From an uncultured Fibrobacterales bacterium (GTDB taxonomy: Bacteria; Fibrobacterota; Fibrobacteria; Fibrobacterales; CAWVXU01): a stretch of 28,536 nt of DNA. The stretch lies in the NCBI GenBank assembly GCA_963934255.1, contig CAWVXU010000030.1, positions 1-28,536 of the forward strand, given 5' to 3'. The position numbers and the translations under genes were made by a program. The notes under the pieces are model-generated. The model made no database searches, was not told where the DNA came from, and saw nothing but the letters and a program-made list of their open reading frames with translations. Shown piece after piece: positions 8,899-18,428 of the stretch (position 1 is the first letter of the stretch; each line of letters starts with the position of its first letter).

Positions 8899-9842
8899 TA
8901 TTTTGGTTTTCTTTGAGCGCGTGGATGAGCTTGGGTGAAATTTTTCATGAGCATATCTTTACTAACATGAGTGTATACTTGGGTTGACTTAAGCGAACTA
9001 TGCCCTAAAAGCCCTTTGACAGTAAGGAGCTCTGCACCATTTTCTAACATGTGTGTGGCAAAACTATGTCTTAACATGTGGGGTGAGGCCTTGCCTTCCC
9101 ATCCTAGGCTTTGCAAAAGATTTTGGATATCGAGTTGGATGCCACGCCTTGAGAGCGGTTGATTTCTTTGATTTAAAAATGGCGACGAAGTTGGGTGTGC
9201 GGCTTTAATTTTAAATTGAGTTGAGCCGATATCACTATGACCATTTTCATAAGCTAATTTTTTCAGACAATCAATAGAGGCTTGAGTTAAAATCACAAGC
9301 CTATCTTTGTTACCTTTACCTGTAACTCTTAAGGTTTTGGCGTCTAGGTTGAAATCGACCCAAGTTGAATTATGGAGCTCAGCGAGTCTGATACCTGTAG
9401 CATAAAAGAGTTCAAGTAATGCCCAGCGTCTAAGTTCCACCCCGTTGATATCTTCAACAATAATTTTATGATTGAGAATTCTTTGATCTAGGAATTGAAC
9501 TAATTTCTGTTCTTTTTTGGGTTGAGATAGAAGTTTAAGTGGGTGATGACTCATCTTTGAGCTATAAAGTATGTATTTGGCTAAGCTACTTAAACAGCTC
9601 ATGACTTGAGAGCTAGAAGCGGCTTGATAGTGTTTTTCTTCTTTGAGGAAATACAAATATTCACCAATAGAGTCTTCAGTCCATGCAGGGCATGGGTTTA
9701 AATCAAACGGATTGGATGAATTTTGTTCGAACCACCAATCAGTCCATTTCTGCAATATATCCTGATATTTACTCAATGTGAGTGGACTTGAGCTTTTTTG
9801 ATGCTTCAAATAGGCTAAGAAGTCGAATATCCAGGGATGCAT
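8898..9842 (-). CDS. xerC: Tyrosine recombinase, XerC-like
   Basis: Catalytic set present: YATGIRLAEL, VTGKGNKDR, SPHMLRHSFATH, LLGHSSL, TQVYTH; C-terminal AHPRA typical of chromosomal XerC/D. Confidence 0.85.
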   Translation of the reverse strand: MHPWIFDFLAYLKHQKSSSPLTLSKYQDILQKWTDWWFEQNSSNPFDLNPCPAWTEDSIGEYLYFLKEEKHYQAASSSQVMSCLSSLAKYILYSSKMSHHPLKLLSQPKKEQKLVQFLDQRILNHKIIVEDINGVELRRWALLELFYATGIRLAELHNSTWVDFNLDAKTLRVTGKGNKDRLVILTQASIDCLKKLAYENGHSDIGSTQFKIKAAHPTSSPFLNQRNQPLSRRGIQLDIQNLLQSLGWEGKASPHMLRHSFATHMLENGAELLTVKGLLGHSSLKSTQVYTHVSKDMLMKNFTQAHPRAQRKPK

Positions 9843-9871
9843 ACTTTATCTCACTTAAAATTTGTAAATTT

Positions 9872-9886
9872 AGTGCAAGTTGCACT
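9872..9886. promoter_or_regulatory. Palindrome (candidate operator) between divergent xerC and porV-like genes
   Basis: AGTGCAA-G-TTGCACT, a perfect 7-bp inverted repeat. Confidence 0.4.
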
Positions 9887-9925
9887 CAGTTTTTCAATTA
9901 GAATATTCTTAAATATAATTTGCCT

Positions 9926-10954
9926 ATGAAACTTTCTCCTACACTTTCTTCGCTTTCTATTTTATGGGTCCTGACTATAGGTTTTGTTAGTTTTTCATAC
10001 AGCCTAGAAGAGGTGAGCGGAGCCAACGCCACTTTAGAAACAATGCCCTCAGCTCAAAATGCAGGACTTGGAGCAATTCGTTCTAGTGCGGAACATTATT
10101 TAGGTGACGGTGGTTTTGATCCGACGTCTATTCTCTCAATTCAAGGACATCAGATCGAACTGGCTCATTCAGAAGAATTCGGTGGTGGAAGTTACGACTG
10201 GATTGCTTGGGGCGGATTTGTAGATAGCACCCATCAATCAGTGCTGAGTCTTCAGTTTTCAAGATACTATTTAGGTGATATCAAAATCACTGAAGAAGGC
10301 CCAATCTACGAAGGTACAGATATTCCACGTCAAGATATATCAGATTATGTGCTCACGGGGGTTTGGGCGACTAAATACCGCTTTTTGGAATACGGTATGA
10401 ATTTCCACACTTTATACCGTCAACATACTCAAGAAGGAGTGGGTTTCAGACTTGATGGTGCTATTTCCTCAAATTGGCTTTCCAACTATCGAACCGCTCT
10501 CATATTCCAAGGTTTTAGTAGCTCAGCCACCAAATGGGAGTCTGATCAACTTGAATATAGCCCGTTGGAAATCTTTATGACCCAAAAATGGAGTCAACAT
10601 TTGCCTTTTTTCTATGGCAGACTGAGTTTTTTATGGCAATCTGCTGGCTTTATACACAAAAGACCTAATCGACTCTTAAGCGAAGGCCGCGATGGTTTGA
10701 ATCAAAATTTTGGAGATTGGCTCGGTGGTTCACACTTGGGGACTGAATTTCATCTAGATAACGGTGTGATTGTCAGATCTGGTTTACAAAACGCTGATGA
10801 ATTTAAAACTTGGACTGCTGGGGTGGGGGTGAAATTGTTAAGTCGTTTTCAGGCTGATTATGGCATGCAATCGCATTCAGAACTCGGTAGGATTCACAGA
10901 GTGTCCTTATCTTATTTTATTGAGCCGCGAGTTGATAAACTTAAATTCAAATAA
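9926..10954 (+). CDS. PorV/PorQ (UPF0164)-like outer-membrane beta-barrel protein
   Basis: Signal peptide; PSAQNAGLG resembles the a-r-x-x-g-m-G motif; amphipathic strands; C-terminal DYGMQSHSELGRIHRVSLSY. TATAAT at 9914-9919 precedes ATG 9926. Confidence 0.65.
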   Translation: MKLSPTLSSLSILWVLTIGFVSFSYSLEEVSGANATLETMPSAQNAGLGAIRSSAEHYLGDGGFDPTSILSIQGHQIELAHSEEFGGGSYDWIAWGGFVDSTHQSVLSLQFSRYYLGDIKITEEGPIYEGTDIPRQDISDYVLTGVWATKYRFLEYGMNFHTLYRQHTQEGVGFRLDGAISSNWLSNYRTALIFQGFSSSATKWESDQLEYSPLEIFMTQKWSQHLPFFYGRLSFLWQSAGFIHKRPNRLLSEGRDGLNQNFGDWLGGSHLGTEFHLDNGVIVRSGLQNADEFKTWTAGVGVKLLSRFQADYGMQSHSELGRIHRVSLSYFIEPRVDKLKFK

Positions 10955-11010
10955 GTTCAAATAGCCCCTAAAATTGTTAGATTTCAATGAGCAATCTCAA
11001 AGGGCGAACA

Positions 11011-11757
11011 ATGTCAGATATACCATTAAAAAATTATCGTGAAGTCGGTTCATTTGATTTGTTGAGCCCTCCTCTAACGCCGCTTAATTTGGTGGACGGC
11101 CAATTACTCAATGTTCAATTAAGTGAATTGATTGAATCTGGTGCTCATCATATTGTTTTGGATTGTTCAGGGTTAGAGTATCTATACTCAGATACGCTTA
11201 CTGTACTAGGGCACGCTCACGAAGTTTTATTACTAAACGAGGGTACTTTGGGTGTGATGACGGCCAATGATAGTATTGCGAGTTCCATTCGCAGTTCACA
11301 CTTGGCTTCTATTTTGACAATCTACCCAGTGGAAACCGACTTAATTCAAGCTTCAATGAAAATGATGGCTGGAGCCATGCCTGAAGTTGCAGCTGATGGC
11401 CATGAAGACGACCACACTTTAGAAGTTTTTGAGGAAGTCTTTGGTGACGGTTTTGAAAATGTAGAAATGTCTGAAGGTCACATTGAAAAACCTGCTGAAG
11501 AGCCTGTTGAGACCCAAGAATCTACTGAGTTAAATGAAGTTGGAAATAGTGAAAAAAACACTGCAGCTATTCAAATACTTCAAGTGGAAGAAGAATATTT
11601 AGAAAGTTCTTCGGAAGTTTCTAAACAGATGAATGATAGTGATTCAAATACTTATGTGAGGCAACCTAAAAAACTATCATTCTTCCCATGGTTGTTAATT
11701 CTATTCATTATTCTGATTGGACTTTCCTATATGGCTTATAACCGAGGTATGGTTTAA
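11011..11757 (+). CDS. STAS-domain protein with acidic linker and C-terminal TM anchor
   Basis: HIVLDCSGLEYLYSDTLTVL resembles the STAS motif; Glu-rich middle; hydrophobic tail FFPWLLILFIILIGLSY. Start could also be 10987. Confidence 0.65.
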   Translation: MSDIPLKNYREVGSFDLLSPPLTPLNLVDGQLLNVQLSELIESGAHHIVLDCSGLEYLYSDTLTVLGHAHEVLLLNEGTLGVMTANDSIASSIRSSHLASILTIYPVETDLIQASMKMMAGAMPEVAADGHEDDHTLEVFEEVFGDGFENVEMSEGHIEKPAEEPVETQESTELNEVGNSEKNTAAIQILQVEEEYLESSSEVSKQMNDSDSNTYVRQPKKLSFFPWLLILFIILIGLSYMAYNRGMV

Positions 11758-11762
11758 AAATT

Positions 11763-12803
11763 ATGGCCCGTCGAAGTCAATATCAACCCAAAAAACCATC
11801 AAAATCTACACGCAGTCAACATGGGCGCAGTAGTCACGGATCTTCTGATAAGTCAGGGATAAAGATTGGCCGTTGGGTTCTTTTGATTTTAGTGCTCTTA
11901 GGTGTGTTTAAATATTTTGGCGGAAATTTCAACACGGGAGGAATTGACAGTGGTTCTTCTTATGTTCAGGTTGCAAAATCTTCTTTGGAAATAGATTTAT
12001 CTTCAAAAAATGACACACAACCCAATCAAAAGCAAGAAGAATTCAAAGGTGGATTAGAAAAGCAAATCACACCAGACCTCTGGCGACAAAAGAGAGTGCA
12101 ATTAGGGCAAGGCTTTGTCGTAGATAAATACTTTATACCAAATCAAAAAAAGCAGTGGGAATTGATTTTCCAAAAGAATGATTCATCAGTCTTTTTTAAT
12201 GACACCTTGAGTGATTTCTTAGGTGAAGTATGGGCATTAAGTAAACCAGGTCAAAAGGTCGTTTTGAAGCTATTAAAAAACTCAAAAGGTAAGATTCAAG
12301 CTTTTGATTGGAAATCAGGTAATTATAATGGTACTTGGTATGAACAAGACTCAACCTGGTTAAATAAACGCGGGTGTATTCGAGGTAAGATTTGTCCATT
12401 TGAACCACTTGTAGATTCTAGAGTTCAAATAGCCAAAGGACTTTATAAAAAAGAGTTGTGGCGGTCAGACTCTACGATGGAAGTGAAATCTCCGATAGAA
12501 GGCTTTTTAACCAAATATGATAATATACCCAAAAAAGGAAGATTATTGCAAATTGAAAATGACGCGGGTGAAAAGGTGATCATACTGGGGTTGGGTAATG
12601 TTGCTGCGGGTCTGCATGAGGGCTCTAAAATACACGCTGGTATGAATCTAGGGACGCTTTTACATCAAAAGAAAACCCTTGAAATAGAGTACTTCAGCCA
12701 AGGGATAGCTAAATATTTAAGTAAAATACTGTCTCAGAGGATCTCAAAAAAAGAAATTGAAAAACGTCAAAAGAAATTAAGTGATCTATTAAGCCGCGGA
12801 TGA
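11763..12803 (+). CDS. Membrane-anchored protein with degenerate M23/LytM domain
   Basis: Basic N-tail and one TM; C-terminal VKSPIEG...GRLLQIEN...LHEGSKIHAGMNLG...TLEIEY follows the M23 pattern but lacks HxxxD and HxH. Confidence 0.6.
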   Translation: MARRSQYQPKKPSKSTRSQHGRSSHGSSDKSGIKIGRWVLLILVLLGVFKYFGGNFNTGGIDSGSSYVQVAKSSLEIDLSSKNDTQPNQKQEEFKGGLEKQITPDLWRQKRVQLGQGFVVDKYFIPNQKKQWELIFQKNDSSVFFNDTLSDFLGEVWALSKPGQKVVLKLLKNSKGKIQAFDWKSGNYNGTWYEQDSTWLNKRGCIRGKICPFEPLVDSRVQIAKGLYKKELWRSDSTMEVKSPIEGFLTKYDNIPKKGRLLQIENDAGEKVIILGLGNVAAGLHEGSKIHAGMNLGTLLHQKKTLEIEYFSQGIAKYLSKILSQRISKKEIEKRQKKLSDLLSRG

Positions 12804-13978
12804 AAATATTTATGAACAAAATCATGAAAACTAAACTGAATGTCATGTTGAAATTTTTGATTTTAAGTGTCACTTCACTTGTAGTTTCTTGCAGTGAGCC
12901 TGATACTTTAACTGATTTTGATTTTGACACTGATGAGTTAAATGGATACTATTTAGGTGCTGTCCTAGATTCTAATAGATTGATTCATTCAAGACAGTTT
13001 GATCTTAATATTGAACTTCAAAATTTATCCTATTTCTCAGATTGTTTGCTCAATAATTTGGAATTTCAAGAATTTAATCTGTCATCAACAAGCGATGTTT
13101 TTTCTGCTTGGATTCACTTAGATTTAGAGGGCGACTTAAATTCAAATTGCCCTATTCAAAAAAGTGTAAACTCTAAAACATTTGTATTATCAGCTTCTGA
13201 ATTACCTAGCCAAGATAGTTTAATCATTTGGGGCTTAAATGGCTATACCGAGGATAAAGAAGGCAGATTCACAGGCCCCCGTGATAGCGTGGCAGTTGAC
13301 ACAATTCTCCTGTTGAATGGAGATTATAATTCCTCAAATTATTTGTTTGCCATTGACTCACAATCTTTGCCAGTGAATGTGTACAATAGGCGCGGTGTGA
13401 TTCGAGCTTTACTTAAAGACTCTTCAGCTGTGTTTGAATTTGAATCCTACACCTCCCAATGCCCGGCTTCGAAGCAAAATAGGAAATGTGAAGTGGAAAT
13501 TGACACGTTGGACTTTTTGAGATATTCTATTAGGGACTCAATTAAGGATAGTGTTTCTGTAAAAATCAAAGCTGATACCTTACAAAGAGTTTTCAAAAAA
13601 AAATGTCAAGATGGAGCGAATTATTGCAATGACCTTGAGACTTGGAAGTTAAATTTTTCAAAGAGCGATTCACTAGTTGAACTCAATCAATATCAAACAA
13701 TATTCATTGAAAAATTACCTCCATGTGAATCGTTGAATTTAATTCAATCCCATAGTACCGAGAATTATCCCAAATCAGAAAGCAAACTAGGGCCTTCTCG
13801 TAATTATTCATTTGAAAGAGAACTATTTGTGAAAGATTCAAATTTAGAGAATTGTAAAAGTACAGAGCACTACTATGGATATAGCTACGAACAAGACTCT
13901 GTTTTTATCGAACAAGATTCCCTTAAGGTTCTTTGGGGGCTTCTACAAGACTTAAAAAGATTATCAGATGCTCCTTAA
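12800..13978 (+). CDS. Hypothetical lipoprotein
   Basis: Lipobox-like LVVSC after a hydrophobic stretch; several further Cys; overlaps both neighbours. Real start may be a later ATG. Confidence 0.65.
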   Translation: MKIFMNKIMKTKLNVMLKFLILSVTSLVVSCSEPDTLTDFDFDTDELNGYYLGAVLDSNRLIHSRQFDLNIELQNLSYFSDCLLNNLEFQEFNLSSTSDVFSAWIHLDLEGDLNSNCPIQKSVNSKTFVLSASELPSQDSLIIWGLNGYTEDKEGRFTGPRDSVAVDTILLLNGDYNSSNYLFAIDSQSLPVNVYNRRGVIRALLKDSSAVFEFESYTSQCPASKQNRKCEVEIDTLDFLRYSIRDSIKDSVSVKIKADTLQRVFKKKCQDGANYCNDLETWKLNFSKSDSLVELNQYQTIFIEKLPPCESLNLIQSHSTENYPKSESKLGPSRNYSFERELFVKDSNLENCKSTEHYYGYSYEQDSVFIEQDSLKVLWGLLQDLKRLSDAP

Positions 13979-15203
13979 GTTAGGTTGGTATTGGACTCCT
14001 CAGACAAATTGGAATCATGGTGCTTGGTTTGAAATCATTGATGGCAAGTTACACTCTAAAAGTGCGACAGAGTCTCTCAAGCTCATCGATGATCCCTTGT
14101 CTAAGGCATCATCATTTTGGGATTTAAGCGATTCTATTGTGCTGCCTGGTTTTATCAATTCACATTGCCATTTAGAACTTTCTTCTCTACAAAATAAAAT
14201 TGAACCGACAAAAAGTTTTAGTCAGTGGGTATCAAAGCTTCAAGCACTTGTGATTAATTGGAGTGATACTGATTGGGAGCAGTCATATTTATTCGGGCTA
14301 GAAGAGTCGTTGAAAAGCGGAACTACAAGAATACTGGATGTCGCCAATAGAGATTGGTCAGTATTTATGGAGTCCTACCAAGGAGTTCAAGTTCGTTTGC
14401 AAAAAGAAATCCTTGGGCTTAATCCGAATGATTTGAAAAAAATTCAATCAGTCAATAGTGACTTTTTAGAGCAGGCAAAGATTAGCGGTGATGAACTTAT
14501 TCCACATGCTCCATTTTCTTGTTCATCAGAATTGATTTCTTGGATAGTGGCACAAGCTGATTGGTTAAATCTGCACCTGAGTGAATCTCGAGAGGAAGCA
14601 GCATTTTTTAACTCAAACTCGGGACCTTTATGGGATTTTGTCGAGCGAATTTATCCTGACATTCAAGTGAATTCAAAAACCCCCTATAGTCACGTGTTTA
14701 AGAATGTCCTAACACCTGAAACTATACCGAATCGAGTTCTTATCACTCATGGTAATACACTGACTTCCAACGAGATAGATGATTGCATTAAGCAGGGTTA
14801 TTATTTGAGTCATTGTCCTGGGTCGAGGGCTTATTTTGAACATCCCCAACAAGCGTGGGCTCAGTATATTGAGTCGGGTTTAAAAGTTTGTATTGGAACA
14901 GACTCTTTAGCTTCAACAAGTAGTTTAAGTTTGTGGGATGAGTTGACTCGTTTGACCTTAGAGTTTCCAAGTTTAAGTGAACCTCAGGTCTTAGCTATGG
15001 TAACAAAGCACCCGGCTGAAATTATGAACTTGCCTGATGAAGGTTGCATTCGAGATGGAGCTCAAGCGAATTTTCAAATCCTTGAATCATGGGTTGAGTA
15101 CTCCTCGGTTCATACAAATTCTCAAACTCCTAATTTATCAACAATTAATTACAAGCCAACGATACAAAGCGTAGTGATTCAGGGGGTCAAATATGAACAA
15201 TAA
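13968..15203 (+). CDS. Metal-dependent amidohydrolase (nucleoside deaminase class; aminodeoxyfutalosine/MTA deaminase-like)
   Basis: PGFINSHCHLELS, PHAPFS, HLSESREE, HCPGS and IGTDSLAS. Confidence 0.85.
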   Translation: MLLKLGWYWTPQTNWNHGAWFEIIDGKLHSKSATESLKLIDDPLSKASSFWDLSDSIVLPGFINSHCHLELSSLQNKIEPTKSFSQWVSKLQALVINWSDTDWEQSYLFGLEESLKSGTTRILDVANRDWSVFMESYQGVQVRLQKEILGLNPNDLKKIQSVNSDFLEQAKISGDELIPHAPFSCSSELISWIVAQADWLNLHLSESREEAAFFNSNSGPLWDFVERIYPDIQVNSKTPYSHVFKNVLTPETIPNRVLITHGNTLTSNEIDDCIKQGYYLSHCPGSRAYFEHPQQAWAQYIESGLKVCIGTDSLASTSSLSLWDELTRLTLEFPSLSEPQVLAMVTKHPAEIMNLPDEGCIRDGAQANFQILESWVEYSSVHTNSQTPNLSTINYKPTIQSVVIQGVKYEQ

Positions 15204-16461
15204 GTCAATGTGGAGCTGGTGCTTCTACGATTTTGCAAATTCTGCTTTTATTACATCTGTGGCGACTTTCATTTATCCGATTTATTTCAAGACTGTTCTT
15301 GTTCCTGAAAAAGGAATTGAGCTAATGGGTCTTAGCATAGAGGGTAAAACTTTATTCCCTTTACTGATTGCAATATCTTTAAGCTTTGTCTTTATACTTT
15401 CGCCTTGGCTTGGCGCCAAGGCTGATTTGAGCTCCAATAGGAAGAGTTATTTGAGCTTCTTTTGTTTATTAGGTGGCATCTCTACGATGAGTTTGGTTCT
15501 CACGACCCAAGGGGATCTATTATTTGGGAGCTTGCTTTTTATGGGGGGCATGATAGGCTTTTCATTTGGAAATGTTTTTTATAATAGTTTGATTAAAGAA
15601 GTCGCCTCCAATGAAGATATTGCTAAGGTATCCGGGCGCGGATGGGCTGTGGGTTATGCTGGTGGATTTCTTGCACTTGTGATCCATATGGTAATTATTC
15701 AAATGCATGACAAATTTGGTATTGATAAAGAGGTGGCAACCAGAATAGCAATGGCATCAACAGGGCTTTGGTGGATTCTGTTTGCTATACCTCTGATGCT
15801 AAATGTCAAAGAAAAATCTTCCAAGATTCAAATGAATACAGATGTTGAGCATCAAGTTAAGAGCCCGATAAAGGGAATGATTCATGCATTTGTAACTATA
15901 CGGTCAGTACCTTATTTAGGTGTTTTCTTAATGGCATTCTTCATGTATAATGATGCCGTTCAGACAACAATTTCTCAGGCGACAAATTTGGCTAATGAGC
16001 TTCTTGGTATGGGTATGACTGAGGTCTTAACTGCCGGAATGATGATTCAATTTGTAGCTATTTTTGGTTCACTGCTTTTCTTATTCTTAGAGAAAAAAAT
16101 AGGAACAAAGAAAGCTGTTTTTATTGCTCTGATTAATTGGTGCTTTATTTTAGTATGGGCTTCTATCATGCAGAATAAGACTGAATTTTATATTCTATGT
16201 GCGTGGGTTGGATTGGTTCTGGGTGTGACTCAATCAGGTAGTCGAACTTTGTTCGCTCAACAGATTCCACAGGAACATAGTGCACAGCTTTTTAGTTTCT
16301 ATACTGTAGCTGATAGGGCTAGTGCTGTAGTTGGACCAGTGCTGTTTGCAATTGGAACCATGATCCTACCGATTAGATACAGCATATTACCCATGCTCAT
16401 TATGCTTATCATTGGTACAATATGGTTAAAAAAAATTCCTATGAAAACTGAAATTAATTAG
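15193..16461 (+). CDS. MFS transporter, UMF1/ATG22-like
   Basis: WSWCFYDFANSAF, NVFYNS, VSGRGWAVGYAGG, YNDAVQT, QSGSRT; about 12 TM helices. Confidence 0.9.
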   Translation: MNNKSMWSWCFYDFANSAFITSVATFIYPIYFKTVLVPEKGIELMGLSIEGKTLFPLLIAISLSFVFILSPWLGAKADLSSNRKSYLSFFCLLGGISTMSLVLTTQGDLLFGSLLFMGGMIGFSFGNVFYNSLIKEVASNEDIAKVSGRGWAVGYAGGFLALVIHMVIIQMHDKFGIDKEVATRIAMASTGLWWILFAIPLMLNVKEKSSKIQMNTDVEHQVKSPIKGMIHAFVTIRSVPYLGVFLMAFFMYNDAVQTTISQATNLANELLGMGMTEVLTAGMMIQFVAIFGSLLFLFLEKKIGTKKAVFIALINWCFILVWASIMQNKTEFYILCAWVGLVLGVTQSGSRTLFAQQIPQEHSAQLFSFYTVADRASAVVGPVLFAIGTMILPIRYSILPMLIMLIIGTIWLKKIPMKTEIN

Positions 16462-17153
16462 AATATGCTTGCGTAGATTTCCCGTGTCGAAATTCTGATT
16501 TCTTCGCAAATTTTTGGTAAATTTTCAATAGGGATATTCAAACTATTCCAGCAGCCATAATTTATTTGAGGAACAAATGGGTCTCCAGCGGAACCTAAGT
16601 TAATTGACTTGGCTATGCTATTGGCAATATGGACTGCTTGCCTAAACTCTCGATTAAAATATTGATTTTCAATGATTTCACCAATGTCATGAAGCAGGCC
16701 ACAAATAAAAGCATCTTTAAGCTCCAAATTTACGGGCGAATTTGATTACTTAATTAAAACTCGCGCTCCAACACCAACTGCAAGGAAATGTTCCCAAAAT
16801 TGTTTGTAATTAAACTCAGCTTCGATAACATTATCACTGAGCTTGAGTATACTCAAGCCTAAGATTAAATGTGAAAGTTGATTAAACCCAAGAATACGAA
16901 CTGCGGCAGGGATTTGACTAATCTCGGTATTAAAGCCAAAAGCTGATGAATTGACTGCTTTTAATATTTTCATTGTCACTGCAGGGTCATTTTGGATAAT
17001 TTCAGCAACTTTTTCAAAAGAACAATCTTCTCTAGAAAGTAGTGCTCGTAATTGATTATAGACAGAGGGTAGGGGAGGTAGCTCCAAAGTCTCCACATGA
17101 AAATTTAATTTCTCTGCAGCGAGTTGTACTTTTGATTCAAAACTACCACTCAT
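16458..17153 (-). pseudogene. HDOD-domain protein pseudogene
   Basis: LPPLP, DPAVTMKILKAVNSSAFG and GLLHDIG are present. The two ORFs are in the same frame, separated by one TAA at 16746-16748. The E...G..H...G...W.LP...HH segment typical of HDOD domains is missing. Confidence 0.85.
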
Positions 17154-17338
17154 TCGTGAGTCTCTCTTTGGTGCTTTAATTTGACACTAAAGCTATTAGC
17201 TTCTTGACTAATGGCCATGAGACTCTCCCGAAATGGGTCTTCTCTCGTGCACAAATTAAAGATGAGTTTCATACGAAGGTCTACTTCTTGGCGTTGCTCC
17301 TGAGTCAAACTAATATAGTGCGAACTTGAATCAGCCAT
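17150..17338 (-). CDS. Small hypothetical protein coupled to the HDOD gene
   Basis: 62 aa; AAGGT upstream of ATG; ATGA overlap with the HDOD start. Confidence 0.45.
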   Translation of the reverse strand: MADSSSHYISLTQEQRQEVDLRMKLIFNLCTREDPFRESLMAISQEANSFSVKLKHQRETHE

Positions 17339-17411
17339 ACTAAATACCTTTTTGATTTAAATTTCAGCACTTTTAGGGTGTTTTAATCGAGGCTATTTTT
17401 AACTTTATAGA

Positions 17412-18428
17412 ATGAAATTAAACATTCCTATGATTATGACAATGGGCGACATCAATGGTGTTGGTCCAGAGATTATTGTTAAACTACTCTCAAACGGCTC
17501 TCAAAGTCTCCCTCTAAAGCAATTCCCGGTTGTTTTTGGCTTGATGATGGCTCTTAAAAAAGCTTCAATTGAACTTGATTTACCTGTAAATCTTCAATTA
17601 ATTAAATCTCTAGAAGAATGGTCTTCTTATCCTGATAAAATTTGTGTATTTGAAGCAGGAGTCAGTGATTTTGAGTTAAATCCAGGCAAGATTGACCCGA
17701 TTTCAGGATCCGCTTCTCTAAAGTGGGTTCACGATGCGGTTCTTTGTCTCAAATCAGGACAAGCTCTGGGTATGGTTACTGCTCCAGTTTCTAAAGAAGC
17801 TATCGAGCCGAACTCTCCAGGGTTTCAAGGTCACACGGAATATATTGGTGAAATGTGTCATGATCCTGAACCTGTTTTGGCTTTGGTTCATGAGGATTGG
17901 ATTGTGGCTCATGTCTCAACCCATGTTTCTCTTCGAGTGGCTTGTGACCGCGTGCAAAAACCAAGAATTAAAAAAACAGTCAGACTATTAGATAAGCTTT
18001 TGGGCAAATTAAAACCAGGATGTGCTCGTAAAATTGGTGTTGCTGGTCTAAATCCTCACGCGGGGGAAAATGGTCTTTTTGGTCAAGAAGAAATTGAAGT
18101 GATACGCCCTGTGATCGAAGAGTTAAACGCTCAAAATATGAATATAGTGGGGCCTATCCCTGCTGATGTTGTGTTCCCACAGCTTCGGGCTCGCATGTAC
18201 GATGGTGTTGTGGCGATGTATCATGACCAAGGCCATGTTGTAACAAAGACAATTGCTTTTGATCTGGGTCAAGCTAAAAGCCTTCGAGGCGTTAATATCA
18301 CTTTAGGTCTTGATGTTATTCGCACATCTGTGGATCATGGGACGGGCTTTGATGTGGCTTGGACTGGGGTGGCTAGTTGTGAAAGCTTGAACGATGCGTT
18401 AATTTTAGCCCACCGAGTTGCTCAGTGA
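17412..18428 (+). CDS. pdxA: 4-hydroxythreonine-4-phosphate / 4-phospho-sugar-acid dehydrogenase (PdxA family)
   Basis: TMGDINGVGPEI, TAPVSK, GHTEY, GLNPHAGE, MYHDQG, RTSVDHGTGFD. Confidence 0.9.
   Translation: MKLNIPMIMTMGDINGVGPEIIVKLLSNGSQSLPLKQFPVVFGLMMALKKASIELDLPVNLQLIKSLEEWSSYPDKICVFEAGVSDFELNPGKIDPISGSASLKWVHDAVLCLKSGQALGMVTAPVSKEAIEPNSPGFQGHTEYIGEMCHDPEPVLALVHEDWIVAHVSTHVSLRVACDRVQKPRIKKTVRLLDKLLGKLKPGCARKIGVAGLNPHAGENGLFGQEEIEVIRPVIEELNAQNMNIVGPIPADVVFPQLRARMYDGVVAMYHDQGHVVTKTIAFDLGQAKSLRGVNITLGLDVIRTSVDHGTGFDVAWTGVASCESLNDALILAHRVAQ

Noticed and set aside
8898..9842. Integrase of a genomic island targeting the tRNA
   Set aside because: It has XerC/D-type length and AHPRA tail, housekeeping neighbours, and I found no duplicate of the tRNA 3' end.
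16746..16748. TAA recoding, suggested by in-frame TAA here and at 99-101
   Set aside because: TAA terminates many intact genes in the window, and both affected genes carry other lesions.
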